Assembly (NCBI RefSeq): GCF_009914755.1 | Contig: NC_060926.1 | Strand: one strand, 5' to 3' | DNA: 64,000 bases | Origin: the human T2T-CHM13v2.0 reference genome, Homo sapiens | In this document: one piece after another, positions 35,348 to 52,003 of the stretch | Numbering within the stretch: position 1 is the stretch's first letter | Layout: each line of letters begins with the position of its first letter | Made by a program: the position numbers and the translations under genes | Notes under the pieces: model-generated | Told to the model about the DNA's origin: nothing | Seen by the model: the letters and a program-made list of their open reading frames with translations, nothing else | Databases searched by the model: none

Positions 35348-36490
35348 GACCACCTAGTATCCTCATCATTTCACTCCCAAACATTCTATTCCCTGCTCCC
35401 AATTGCCTAATTAGTAATCGACTAATCTCTATACAATGATTAGTGTAACTTGTATTAAAGCAAGTGATAACATTCCATAATATAAAACAACAAACTTGAT
35501 TTCTAATATTAATCTCCTTTATCCTATTTTCATTGGCTCAACAAATTTATTCGGATCATTAAGTCATTCATCTACACCAATCACCCCATTATCAATATAT
35601 CTAGGTATGGTTATCCCACTATGAGCAGGAATAGTAACTACTGGTTTCCACCACAAAACAAAAGCAACACTGGCCCACTTCCTACCACAAGGAAAACCCA
35701 TTCCACTTATCCCTCTACTAGTAATTATTGAGACTTTTTACTCAACCCATAGTGGCTGCAGCTCTACCACTAACAGCCAGTATTACAGCTGTCCATTCAT
35801 GCATTTAATTGGTGGAGCCACATTAGCACAGTTGATTCTTGAGCAACATGAGCTTGAACTGTGCACGTCCACCTATATGTGGATTTCTTTCAATAAATAT
35901 ATTGGAAAATTGTTTGAGATTAGTTACAATTTGAAAAAACTCACAGATAAGCTGCATAGCCTAGAAATATTTTTTTAAAAATGTTTCAGTTAGTATATCA
36001 TGAATGCATAAAATATATGTACTAGTCTATTTTATCATTTACTACCATAAAATATACACAGATTTATTATAAAATTTAAAATGTATGCACATAGACATTT
36101 ATTATAAAGTACTAGTCTATTTTAAAGTACTACTATTTTAAAGTACTAGTCTATTATAAAGTACTACTCTATTTTATCATTTACTACCATAAAATATACA
36201 CAGATTTATTATAAAATGTAAAACTCATGCACATAGAGATTATACATGGTGCCATTTGCAATTGAGAGAAATGCAAACAAATGTAAAGATACTGTATTAA
36301 ATCATAACTGCATAAATTAACTGTAGTTCATACTGTACTACTGTAATAATTTTGTAGTCACCTATTCTTGCTATAGCAGAGAGCTCAGGCATTGTGAGTA
36401 TTCACTTTTAATGCCATGTGACACTAATCAACTCTGCGTGAGACGTCTCTCCAGTAAATAAATGCATGTCATTGTAAAAAGTGATCTCTC

Positions 36491-37061
<571 letters not shown>

Positions 37062-37645
37062 CTTGTATATTTTTCATTGAGCTTCGTAGTGTAAACCTTG
37101 AATAACACCATGGGACCTGTACGAAGTGCCACTAGTGATGCTAGAAGTGCTCCTAAGAAACAGAGAAAAATTATGACATTACAAGAATAAGTTGAGTTGC
37201 TTGATATGTACCATAGATTGAGGTTGCCCACCATTTCAAGATAAATGAATCCAGCATAAGGACTATTGTTAAAGAAAAGAAGAAAGAAAAATTCATGAAG
37301 CCATTGCTGAAACCACACCAGCAGGTGCAAAAACTTTGCACTTTTTGTAAAACATGAAATATTTGCTGACTGTTTATGTTATTGGTGGGGCTTCCAGTCA
37401 ACAGTAGGCTATTAGTAGTTAAGTTGTAAGGGAGTCAAAAGTTATATATGGATTTTCCACTGCATGGGTAGGGGGTGGCAACCCTAACCTTCCATTGTTC
37501 AAGATTTAACTCTATTAACATTATCTTTGCAACAGCCTCAATTACATTTATCATCTTTATAAATGTAATTTTACTCACTCTTCTTGAATTTGCTGTAGCC
37601 CCAATTCAAGCTTATGATTCCACACTCCTGGATAGTCTTTACTAT

Positions 37646-38409
37646 ATGACCCAATAGTCCTACACTGACCATATAGTTAATCCTAGCTCCTGACCACGTA
37701 CAGGAATATTATTAACTCTATTCATGACATCTTAGTAATATTATTTCACTTTAACTTGATTATTTTATTATGTGTAGGTCTACTAACTAATATATTAACC
37801 GTCTACCAGTGATGATGAGATAGCTGAGAAAGTGCACTGCAAGGCCTCCATACATTAATCATTCAAAAATGCCTCTAATACAGAATAATTTATCATATCA
37901 CATGTTTTTTTCTGAGCCTTCTATCACTCAAGCCTAGCCCCGACCCCAGAACTGGGAGGTTGCTGACCACCAACAGGTATTCACCCACTTATTCTCCTAG
38001 AAGTTTAACTACTCAATACATCAGTCCTGTTAGCCTCAGGAGTATCAATCACCCAAGTACACCATAGCTTAATAGAAGAAATCCGCAAACATATACTTCA
38101 AGCTCTCTTCATCACAATTTCATCTGGCATTTCTTTTATATTATTACAAATCTTAGAACACTTCAAAACATCCTTTACCATCTGTGATGGTGTAAATGAC
38201 TCAATATTCTTCATAGTAACAGGCTTCCAATGACTACATGTAATTATCAGCTCCAACTTCCTTATCCTTTTCTTCTTATGTCAACTTAACATTTAACCAC
38301 CATTTTGGTTTTCAAAACCAAAGTTTTTAGGTAACCAAGTTACCTAATAATGATATTTTACAGATGTAATTACTATTTCTGTACATTTCTGTCTATTGAT
38401 GAAGTTCCT
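37646..38409 (+). pseudogene. MT-CO3: NUMT COX3
   Basis: [34 protein letters not shown]; [15 protein letters not shown]. Confidence 0.92.
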
Positions 38410-38477
38410 ATTCTTTTAGTATTAACTGTACAACTGACTTCCAATCAGTTAGCTTCAGTCTAAGCTGGAAAATAATA
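38410..38477 (+). pseudogene. MT-TG: NUMT tRNA-Gly relic
   Basis: attcttttagtattaactgtacaactgactTCCaatcagttagcttc. Confidence 0.88.
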
Positions 38478-38820
38478 ATTAACCTTACATTAACTTTAGC
38501 AACTAATACATCATTAGCACGACTACTTGTAATCATCACATTCTGCTTCCCACAACTAAACATCTATACAGAAAAATCAAGCTCATACAAATGTGGATTT
38601 GATCTAATAGGCACTGTCTGCCTGCCATTTCCAGAAAATTTTTTGTATTAACTATTACATTTCTATTCAACCTAGAAATTTCCCTCCTATTACTACTACC
38701 ATGAGCATCTCAAGTAATCCAAAAGTTATTCTTACTATAGCTCTAATTTTAAACTGCATTCTAGACTTAGGCCTAAGCTTATGAATGAATCCAAGATGGA
38801 CTAGAATGAGTGACTTAAGT
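38478..38820 (+). pseudogene. MT-ND3: NUMT ND3
   Basis: PQLNIYTEKSSSY.CGFD..G; LEI.LLLLLPWAS; GLEW. Confidence 0.9.
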
Positions 38821-38821
38821 A

Positions 38822-38881
38822 TGGCAACAAGTTTAAATTACAACAAATAATTCTGACTCATATGGTAAGCATAATTACCAA
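38822..38881 (+). pseudogene. MT-TR: NUMT tRNA-Arg relic (degraded)
   Basis: tggcaacaagtttaaa...gactcat...cataattacca between ND3 and ND4L. Confidence 0.7.
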
Positions 38882-38882
38882 T

Positions 38883-39170
38883 ATGCTTTCAATTTATATC
38901 AGTATCATTCTAGTTTACATCACATCCCTAACAGGACTACTAGTATAATGGGATCACACCTAATATCTCCATTACTATGTTTAAAACATATAATACTATC
39001 ACTATTCTAGGAAGCCCTGTAATTTTAAATATATGCTTTATCTTATCCACCGTAATACCTATCATTTTACTAGTATCTGCAGCCTGTGAGGCTGCCATAG
39101 GCCTGGCATTACTAACAATGGTATCTAGTACATATGGCTCAGATTACATATAAAACTCAAATCTTCTCCA

Positions 39171-39177
<7 letters not shown>
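38883..39177 (+). pseudogene. MT-ND4L: NUMT ND4L
   Basis: IILLV.AACEAA.GLALL.MVS.TYG.DY...NLLQC*; 7-nt overlap with ND4. Confidence 0.9.
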
Positions 39178-40828
<1,651 letters not shown>

Positions 40829-40830
<2 letters not shown>

Positions 40831-40889
40831 TTTTTAAAAAAATTCAGATTATAAATAAAACAATAGAAGCTTAAAACTCTTTATTTACT
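40829..40889 (+). pseudogene. MT-TH: NUMT tRNA-His relic (degraded)
   Basis: ...cagattataaataaaacaatagaagcttaaaactctttatttact between ND4 and trnS. Confidence 0.65.
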
Positions 40890-40953
40890 GAGAAAGTATG
40901 CGATAACTGCTAATAATGCCCCCATATATTAATATAACAATATGGCTTTATCA
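40890..40953 (+). pseudogene. MT-TS2: NUMT tRNA-Ser(AGY) relic
   Basis: gagaaagtatgcgataactGCTaataatgccccc...atggctttatca. Confidence 0.82.
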
Positions 40954-43085
<2,132 letters not shown>

Positions 43086-43089
43086 AGCC

Positions 43090-45430
43090 ATGATGCCAGC
43101 AAGATAGCTGACTAGAGATGCCTGGCACTTATCACTCCCACAGGAAAGGACCAATGCACTGAATAAACAACTAAGATTTGACTGGAATGTCAAAGGGACA
43201 GCACTGGCATGCAGCAGGGGAATGGAGACACACCTGCGGTGACTGGAAGTCCAGGAGGGCAGTGTGAAGGCAAACAGCCTCTGCTGCCCTGTCTCCTCTG
43301 TCTGGATCAGATCAGCCTGGACACAGGAGGGACTTCCCATTGTTGGGAAAAGGTTAGCAGAATATCCCCACCAGCCCCCATTGCCACCACAAATATCAAC
43401 AATCCTTTCTACAGCAGAACCCCATAGTCCTCACAGGCCTTGAGTACAGTGTTAAGAGACGCTGGGAATTCACATAGCTGCATTGCCCTGGATTAGGAAC
43501 ACAAGGTATGCTCCCCGCTGCCCCCAGATCCACCTCTGTGAGCCAAGCTGCTACAGCACAGTGCCATCTTGAAGCGCACCCTCCTCTGGGGGACAGTGGC
43601 CACTGCACCTCTCCAGCACTGGAGCGCCATCTTCATTACACCTCCAAACCCACATAGGTGACTGAACACTACACCCCAGTTGCACAGAGCCTGGGTCTAG
43701 TACTAGCTGTGACTATGGTCCTGCACAGCAGGGAAACCAACCCCAGCCACCATACTTCCAGCTGGAGGAACTGAAACTGCCACTCTCACCCAGGGTGAAC
43801 CTGTCCTTAAGCTGGCCAAACTGCTGCATGCCCCCAAGCCGAAGAGACTCTTGAGCCTCAGAGCAGCTGATATATCCCTGGGCCAACAGGGTGGCTATGC
43901 ACCCATGCTCAGGACCTGAGAAACAGCCCCGTAGCACCCCTGGCTTGCCCAATGGCCCTGTACCCCCAATAAGGGCCAGAGAAACCATCTTGCAGGCTGC
44001 CCCTGACAGGCATGTCCCCAGGCTGGGCAAGCAGCCAAGAGCCCATGTCCAGGACCTGAGAAACAGCTCCTCAGGCTACCTCCAGTGGCCATGCCCCTGA
44101 GCAGCTTTGCACCTGCATCCCAGACCTGTGAAATGGCCCTGTGGGCAGCCCCCAGCAGACACATCACCAGGCCAGCAAAGCAGCTGTGCCCCCACATCTC
44201 AGGCCCAAGAAACATCCCTACGGGCTGCCCCTGGCAGATAGGATTCCAGGCCAGCTGAACAGCTGTGTGCCCACATCTGACGCCTATGAAACAGCCCCAC
44301 AAGTTGCTCTGGGCAGGAATACTCCCAGGTCAGACAAGCCACTGCATGCCACCCATTTAAGAAACAGCCCAGTGAGACCATCCCTGACAAAGTCACACCA
44401 CCACCTCTACAGACTCTCTCAGCCTAGGCTACTGAGAAACTTGCAAATGCCACTAATATAGATTATAGCCGAAAAAACTATGTGAAGACTAAACTACTGG
44501 ATCCACCTAGAACCGGGCCAATGTGCCCCGCCAATCTGATATCCCAAGATGTCATACAATATTCATACAAATATTTCCCTGGGAAATCTACTACATACGA
44601 CTGAAAGAGGTGACTTTTCCATCAGATGCATAGAAATCAATGTAGGGACACATGAATCAGGAAAAAGCAAGGAAACGTCACCTTCAATAAAAACAATAAT
44701 TCTCCAGTAACAGACCCCGATCATAAGGAAATACATGAAATGTCAGAAAAAAATTAAAAATAATGATCTTAAGGAAACTCAGCGAGATATAAGAGAATAC
44801 AGACAGACAATTAAATCAGGAAAACAGTTCATGATTTAAATGATAAATTCAACAAATAAATAGATATAAAAAGAACCAAACGGACATTCTAGAGCTGAAG
44901 AATTCAATGACTGAAATAAAATGTAAAATTGTGGGCCAGGTACGGTGGCTCACACCTGTAATCCCAGCACTTTGGGAGGCCAAGGTGAGTGGATCATTTG
45001 AGATCAGGAGTTCAAGACCATGCTGGCCAATAAGGCGAAACCCTGTCTCTAGTAAAAATACAAAAATTAGGCTTGGTGGCTCACATCTGTAATTCCAGCT
45101 ACTTGGAGGCTGAGGCACGAGAACTCCTTGAACCCAGGAGGTGGAGGTTGCAGTGAGCCGAGATAGTACCACTGCACTCCAGCCTGGGCAACAGAGCAAG
45201 ACTCTGTCTCAAATAATAATAATAATAATAATAATAACAACAACAATAATAATAATAATGAAATGTACAATAGAGACCAGGCCACGCAGAAGAAATAGTT
45301 TCTGAACTTAAAAGAAGGTCTATTGAAATAATACGGGCAGATGAAAAAGAATAGAAGAAAGAAAGGCTACAGGACTTACGGGACACTGTTAAACAAACAA
45401 ATTATCACATTATGAGAGTTCCAGAAGAAG
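43090..45430 (+). mobile_element. L1M 5'UTR (with internal tandem repeats) plus ORF1 start
   Basis: Starts caagatagctgactagag; repeated cctg(a/t)gaaacagccc units at 43900-44380; ORF1-like aaaaagcaaggaaac...cttaaggaaactcag; similar to 3960-4590. Confidence 0.8.
44933..45258 (+). mobile_element. Alu with (AAT)n/(AAC)n tail
   Basis: TSD aaatgta(a/c)aat. Confidence 0.9.
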
Positions 45431-45434
45431 AGAA

Positions 45435-45965
<531 letters not shown>

Positions 45966-46328
45966 AACCAATGACTATTAGTAAACAAATGAAAATTGCA
46001 GCATATTCACCAAATGGAATGCCATGAAACAGCATAGATGAGTCTTAGAAACATAATGGTGGGTAATGTAAGCAAAATCAAATAATGCATTATTTAAGCA
46101 TCCTACATATACGACTTTTTTAAAAAAATTAATTTTCAAAAGGCAAAAAATAAAATCAAAACTCATTGAAGTAGTTAACTTCTGGGAAACAGGCAGGAGG
46201 ATGAGATAGGAGAGAAACTCATAAGTAGATACAAATTATCCATAATGTTTTAGGTTAGGTTAAGAACTGGTTGGTAGCATTATATTATTCTATACATAAT
46301 TAGTATTATGGATTATTATTTTGGATCA

Positions 46329-46769
<441 letters not shown>

Positions 46770-46907
46770 TCAAGCCACCTTCCCCCTTGCTTTTTGGTCC
46801 ATTTACAAATGGCTGCCATCTTTTTCTAGGCATAATCTCTTCTTATCTTAGAGCTTTCATACAAATTCATACAGTAATTCTCTACCCCTGGATCTTTGGT
46901 ATGCTGA

Positions 46908-47251
<344 letters not shown>

Positions 47252-47269
47252 CCTTCTCTAATAATTCTT

Positions 47270-48240
47270 TATTTATTTATTTATTTATTTATTTTTTTAT
47301 TGATCATTCTTGGGTGTTTCTCACAGAGGGGGATTTGGCAGGGTCATAGGACAATAGTGGAGGGAAGGTCAGCAGATAAACAAGTGAACAAAGGTCTCTG
47401 GTTTTCCTAGGCAGAGGACCCTGCGGCCTTCCGCAGCGTTTGTGTCCCTGGGTACTTGAGATTAGGGAGTGGTGATGACTCTTAACGAGCATGCTGCCTT
47501 CAAGCATCTGTTTAACAAAGCACATCTTGCACCGCCCTTAATCCATTTAACTCTGAGTGGACACAGCACGTGTTTCAGAGAACACAGGGTTGGGGGTAAG
47601 GTCACAGATCAACAGGATCCCAAGGCAGAGGAATTTTTCTTAGTAGAGAACAAAATGAAAAGTCTCCCATGTCTACTTCTTTCTACACAGACACCGCAAC
47701 CATCCGATTTCTCAATCTTTTCCCCACCTTTCCCCCCTTTCTATTCCACAAAGCCGCCATTGTCATCCTGGCCCGTTCTCAATGAGCTGTGGGGCACACC
47801 TCCCAGACGGGGTGGTGGCCGGGCAGAGGGGCTCCTCACCTCCCAGTAGGGGCGGCCGGGCAGAGGCGCCCCTCACCTCCCGGATGGGGCGGCTGGCCGG
47901 GCGGGGGCTGACCCCCCACCTCCCTCCCGGACTGGGCGGCTGGCTGGGCAGAGGGGCTCCTCACTTCCCAGTAGGGGCAGCCGGGCAGAGGCGCCCCTCA
48001 CCTCCCGGACGGGGCGGCTGGCCGGGCGGGGGGCTGACCCCCCCACCTCCCTCCCGGACTGGGCGGCTGGCCGGGCGGGGGGCTTGACCCCCCCACCTCC
48101 CTCCCGGACGGGGCGGCTGGCCGGGCGGGGGGCTGACCCCCCCACCTCCCTCCCGGACGGGGCGGCTGGCCGGGCAGAGGGGCTCCTCACTTCCCAGTAG
48201 GGGCGGCCGGGCAGAGGCACCCCTCACCTCCTGGACGGGG
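47270..48240 (-). mobile_element. 5'-truncated SVA retrotransposon (SINE-R plus partial VNTR), SVA_D-F-like
   Basis: SINE-R ttgatcattcttgggtgtttctc...; GC-rich VNTR 47800-48240; (TTTA)n tail; TSD aataattctt. Confidence 0.95.
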
Positions 48241-49184
48241 AATAATTCTTATAAAAATCAGTCACCTCCTTTATTTTCTACCATCTTTTTGATACCTTTG
48301 TAGTTTATTTCTTAATTTATAATTTACTTGTTTTGCTTTTTTATGTCTCTACTCATTATACTCTAAGTTCTTTCAGAAAAGATACTATGATCTTTAAAAT
48401 GATCACTGTGATTCTGAGCTAGGTTATTTCAGACCAATCATCTCACTGCACAACTGTAAAAGCTGGACAAAACACTGTCTAAATCGTGTTGGAAAGAATC
48501 AGTGAGTTATAAAGACAGCAAGGATTTGCACACCCAAGATTCCAGACAGAAAGGAAGTCCAGAGACATGGAGCCCATCATTTGGTGCCATTTTTCCTTCA
48601 AGGCATTTATGCCTTGAGATGGCCAAGAAGTTAAAAAGCTGAGCAGAGCTTTGAGATAGAAATACAACGATGTGAGAACAAAAACCAGAGTCCAGGGCTT
48701 GTTGGGATGAGAAGTCCTGGAAAACACCCGGTTGGGACCCCAAAAGAGAATGAGTGTCTCTTCAAATGTTATGACCTAAGTTACCTCATGTGCCTCACAC
48801 TAGTCCCAGTCCTGACTCTAGGAGTAAGAATAAACCACAAAGAGACTAACCCCCCTCACAAGAACTAAAGCCCAGCTTCAAATCATTTCAATTTCAATCT
48901 TAATTGAATTAAAGTGATCTGGGATTGTTAGTGCTCCTAGCCCAGCTGGCTGCCAGATACAAATGTATACTTTCTCTGTAGGTATATGTAATTAAAATTA
49001 AGCTCCTCAAATTAGATCTATAAATTTTCAAGTACAATGTCTGGCACTCAGTCAAAACAACTAAGCATGTGAGAATGTAAGAACTGACTGAAAACTAAGA
49101 GAAAAAAAACCAATAATTTAAATAGACTCACAGAAGATCCAGATAATGAAATGGTCAGACTTGGATTTTAAAATAGCAATGATT

Positions 49185-49543
49185 GCTATAAACTGAAAGT
49201 GTACATACCCCAAAATTCATATGTTGAAATCCTAATCCCTTATGTGATGCTATTTGGAGGAAGGGCCTTTGGGAGGTAACTGGGTCATGAGGGTAGAGCC
49301 CTCATGAATGGGATTGGTACTCTTATGATAAGAGACATGAGAGAGATGATCTCCCTCCACAGTGTGAGGATATGGTAAATAGAAGGCCATTTGCAAACCA
49401 GGAAGAGGGCCCTCAGCAGGAATCAAATCAGTTGGCACCTTAATCTTGGATGTCCCAGCCTCCAGAACTGTAATAAATAAAAGTCTATTGTTCAAACCAT
49501 TCAATCTATGGTATTTGTTATAGCAGCCTGAGCTGACCGAGAC
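49185..49543 (+). mobile_element. MSTD/MLT1A-like LTR within old L1 fragments (~48400-49810)
   Basis: tgctataaactgaaagtgt...ccaaaattcatatgttgaaatcc...gttatagcagcctgagctgaccgagaca. Confidence 0.8.
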
Positions 49544-49864
49544 AATAATAAATACGTTCAAAGAATTAAAAGACAAGGCTGTGGATTGTGGCAGATAAAT
49601 AGAAACTATAAAAATGAAGGGAAATTCCATAGTCGAGAAATAAAATAACTGAAATTAAGAATTCAATTGATTTAATGGCAGAATAGAAACAAGAGCCTGT
49701 GAACTAGAATATAAGTCAGAAGAAAATACCCAGACTGAAGCATAGCAAAAAAAAGGACAAGAAATACAGAAAGAAAAAAAAAGCACGAGACCTACGAAAT
49801 ACACTGGTGAATGAGGAGACAGCAAGAATTATGCTTTATCCCTCATAAATGAGTTTTCACCTCA

Positions 49865-50164
49865 GCTAGGCACAATGAAATCCCAGCACTTTCGGAGGCT
49901 GAGACTGGAGGATCACTTGAGGCCAGGAGTTCGAGACCAGACTGGTCAACATAGCAAGGCCTCGTCTCAAAAAAAAAAAAAAAAATTAGCCAGGTGTGGT
50001 GATGTGTGATGTGTCTGTAGTCCCTGCTTCTTGGGAGGCTGAGGCTGGAAGATTGCTTGAGCCCAAGAGTTTGGGGCTGCAGTGAGCATAATCGTGCCAC
50101 TACACTCCAATCTGGGCCAAGCTGGGTGACAGAGTGAGACACTGTTTCAAAAAATAAAAATAAA
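49865..50164 (+). mobile_element. Alu (AluJ-like)
   Basis: TSD gagttttcacctc. Confidence 0.88.
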
Positions 50165-50393
50165 GGGAGTTTTCACCTCTTTCTTTGGCATAACACTTTT
50201 TCAAACAAGATACCTAAATTGACAAGTAAAAATCAGAAATAATCTCTGAACCCATGAAACAACGGCACCATAATGAAAGTTTCTGAGCCTATAGCAAGCC
50301 TATGTCTCAAAGGGAGAAATTAATATATTATACAAATAACACCTAAGATGAAAATTTTGAGCTCTTTTGAATTTTTTTTTTTTTTTTTTTTAC

Positions 50394-50537
50394 CTTTCCC
50401 GGGGTTGTTGCTGAAGTTTTTCAAGTCGCACTACAGATGGCTGGTTGGAGGATTGCACAGCTGGAGTCCCAACAGTAACATTCAGGTCTGGGGATAAGAA
50501 TGCTGGATATTCTACTGTCTGTGGTGTAATAACTTTT
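50394..50537 (-). CDS. C2CD6: C2CD6 coding exon (144 nt, KVITPQTVEYPAFLSPDLNVTVGTPAVQSSNQPSVVRLEKLQQQPRE)
   Basis: ttttgcag|A AAA GTT...GAA AG|gtaaaa; phase 2/2 matches both neighbours. Confidence 0.92.
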
Positions 50538-50871
50538 CTGCAAAATAATAATAAAGTGAAATATTGAAATTATACAAAAGTCCACTTCCAAAATCAGTGG
50601 CAGCTATCACTTTTGAACCCTTCTCTTTTACACTTTTAGCTCACCTAGCCACCTTGGGCCATCGAAGGCTAGAGCTAGGAAAAAAGCCAAGAGCCACAAA
50701 TCTAGAGATAAGTGCTCTCTTGATTATCCTTACTACTAAACTTAGATCATAGGCAGCAGGGATGGAAAAGGACAGAAGGGCCTCAAGTTCTAATGAGAAG
50801 TACAAAGTATTTGAGCCCAGACCTCTCTCCAAATCTTTAGACCCAAATCTCTAACTCTTTTTTTAAATTTC

Positions 50872-51473
50872 TTTTTTTTTTTATTATTATACTTTAAGTT
50901 CTAGGGTATATGTGCACAATGTTCAGGTTTGTTACATATGTATATATGTGCCATGTTGTGTGCTGCACCCATTAACTCGTCATTTACATTAGGTATATCT
51001 CCTAATGCTCTCCCTCCCCCCTCCCCCCACCCCTCACAGGCCCCAGTGTGTGATGTTCCCCATTCTGTGTCCAAGTGTTCTCATTGTTCAATTCCCACCT
51101 ATGAGTGACAACATGCAGTGTTTGGTTTTTTGTCCTTGCGATAGTTTGCTCAGAATGAAGGTTTCCAGCTTCACCCATGTCCCTGCAAAGGACATGAACT
51201 CATCCTTTTTTATGGCTGCATAGTATTCCATGGTGTATATGTGCCACATTTTCTTAATCCAGTCTATCATTGATGGACATTTGGGTTAGTTCCAAGTCTT
51301 GCTATTGTGAATAGTGCCGCAATAAACATACGTGTGCATGTGTCTTTACAGCAGCATGATTTATAATCCTTTGGGTATATACCCAGTATTGGGATGGCTG
51401 GGTCAAATGGTGTTTCTAGTTCTAGATCCCTGAGGAATCACCACACTGTCTTCCACAATGGTTGAACTAGTTT
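50872..51473 (-). mobile_element. Young L1PA 3' end
   Basis: L1PA 3'UTR and ORF2 C-terminus (WIKKMWHIYTMEYYAAIK). Confidence 0.92.
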
Positions 51474-52003
51474 AATATTTTATTTTTAAAATCTATTAAT
51501 TTTTTGGAATGTATTTTGTGCTAGGTGCAATGTTCATATGGCTATGTATATTACCTCATTCACTTTTCACAGCAAGCCCATCAGATGAGAATTATTAGAT
51601 CCTATTTCATATATAAGAAAGCTAGTGTTAGAAAGATTAAACAACTCCTCCCAAGGTCTTACAGCTGGTAAGTGGCAAAGCTAACATTTGAACACAGTCT
51701 CTTTGACAATAAAGTTTAGATTCTTAAACTCTATTCTATACTATGCATAGTGGTAAGCACCTTAAACTCAACATGTCCAAAATAGAACTCACGATTTTCC
51801 CCTTCTCCAGATATGCTCTTTCCTAAGTGTTCCCTGGTTCAGGAAATAACAGCAACAAATGTATACCCAGTGGTCCCTAAATGTGAACATCTTTTTTCCT
51901 CCTTTCCCCTTCTGTCATCTTCCATCTCCAGTCACTTCCTAATTACAGGAGATATAGCTAAACATTCTAAATATTTTACGAATTAGTTTGTTCCTCTCTT
52001 CCA

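Noticed and set aside
43713-44461. Several 100+ aa ORFs with quasi-repeats
   Set aside because: They lie in the tandemly repeated 5'UTR of an old L1M; GC-rich sequence gives chance ORFs.
47469-48227. GC-rich ORFs with repeated PARPAAPSGR peptides; CpG-island-like
   Set aside because: These are translations of the SVA VNTR and SINE-R, not a gene, promoter island or CRISPR-like array.
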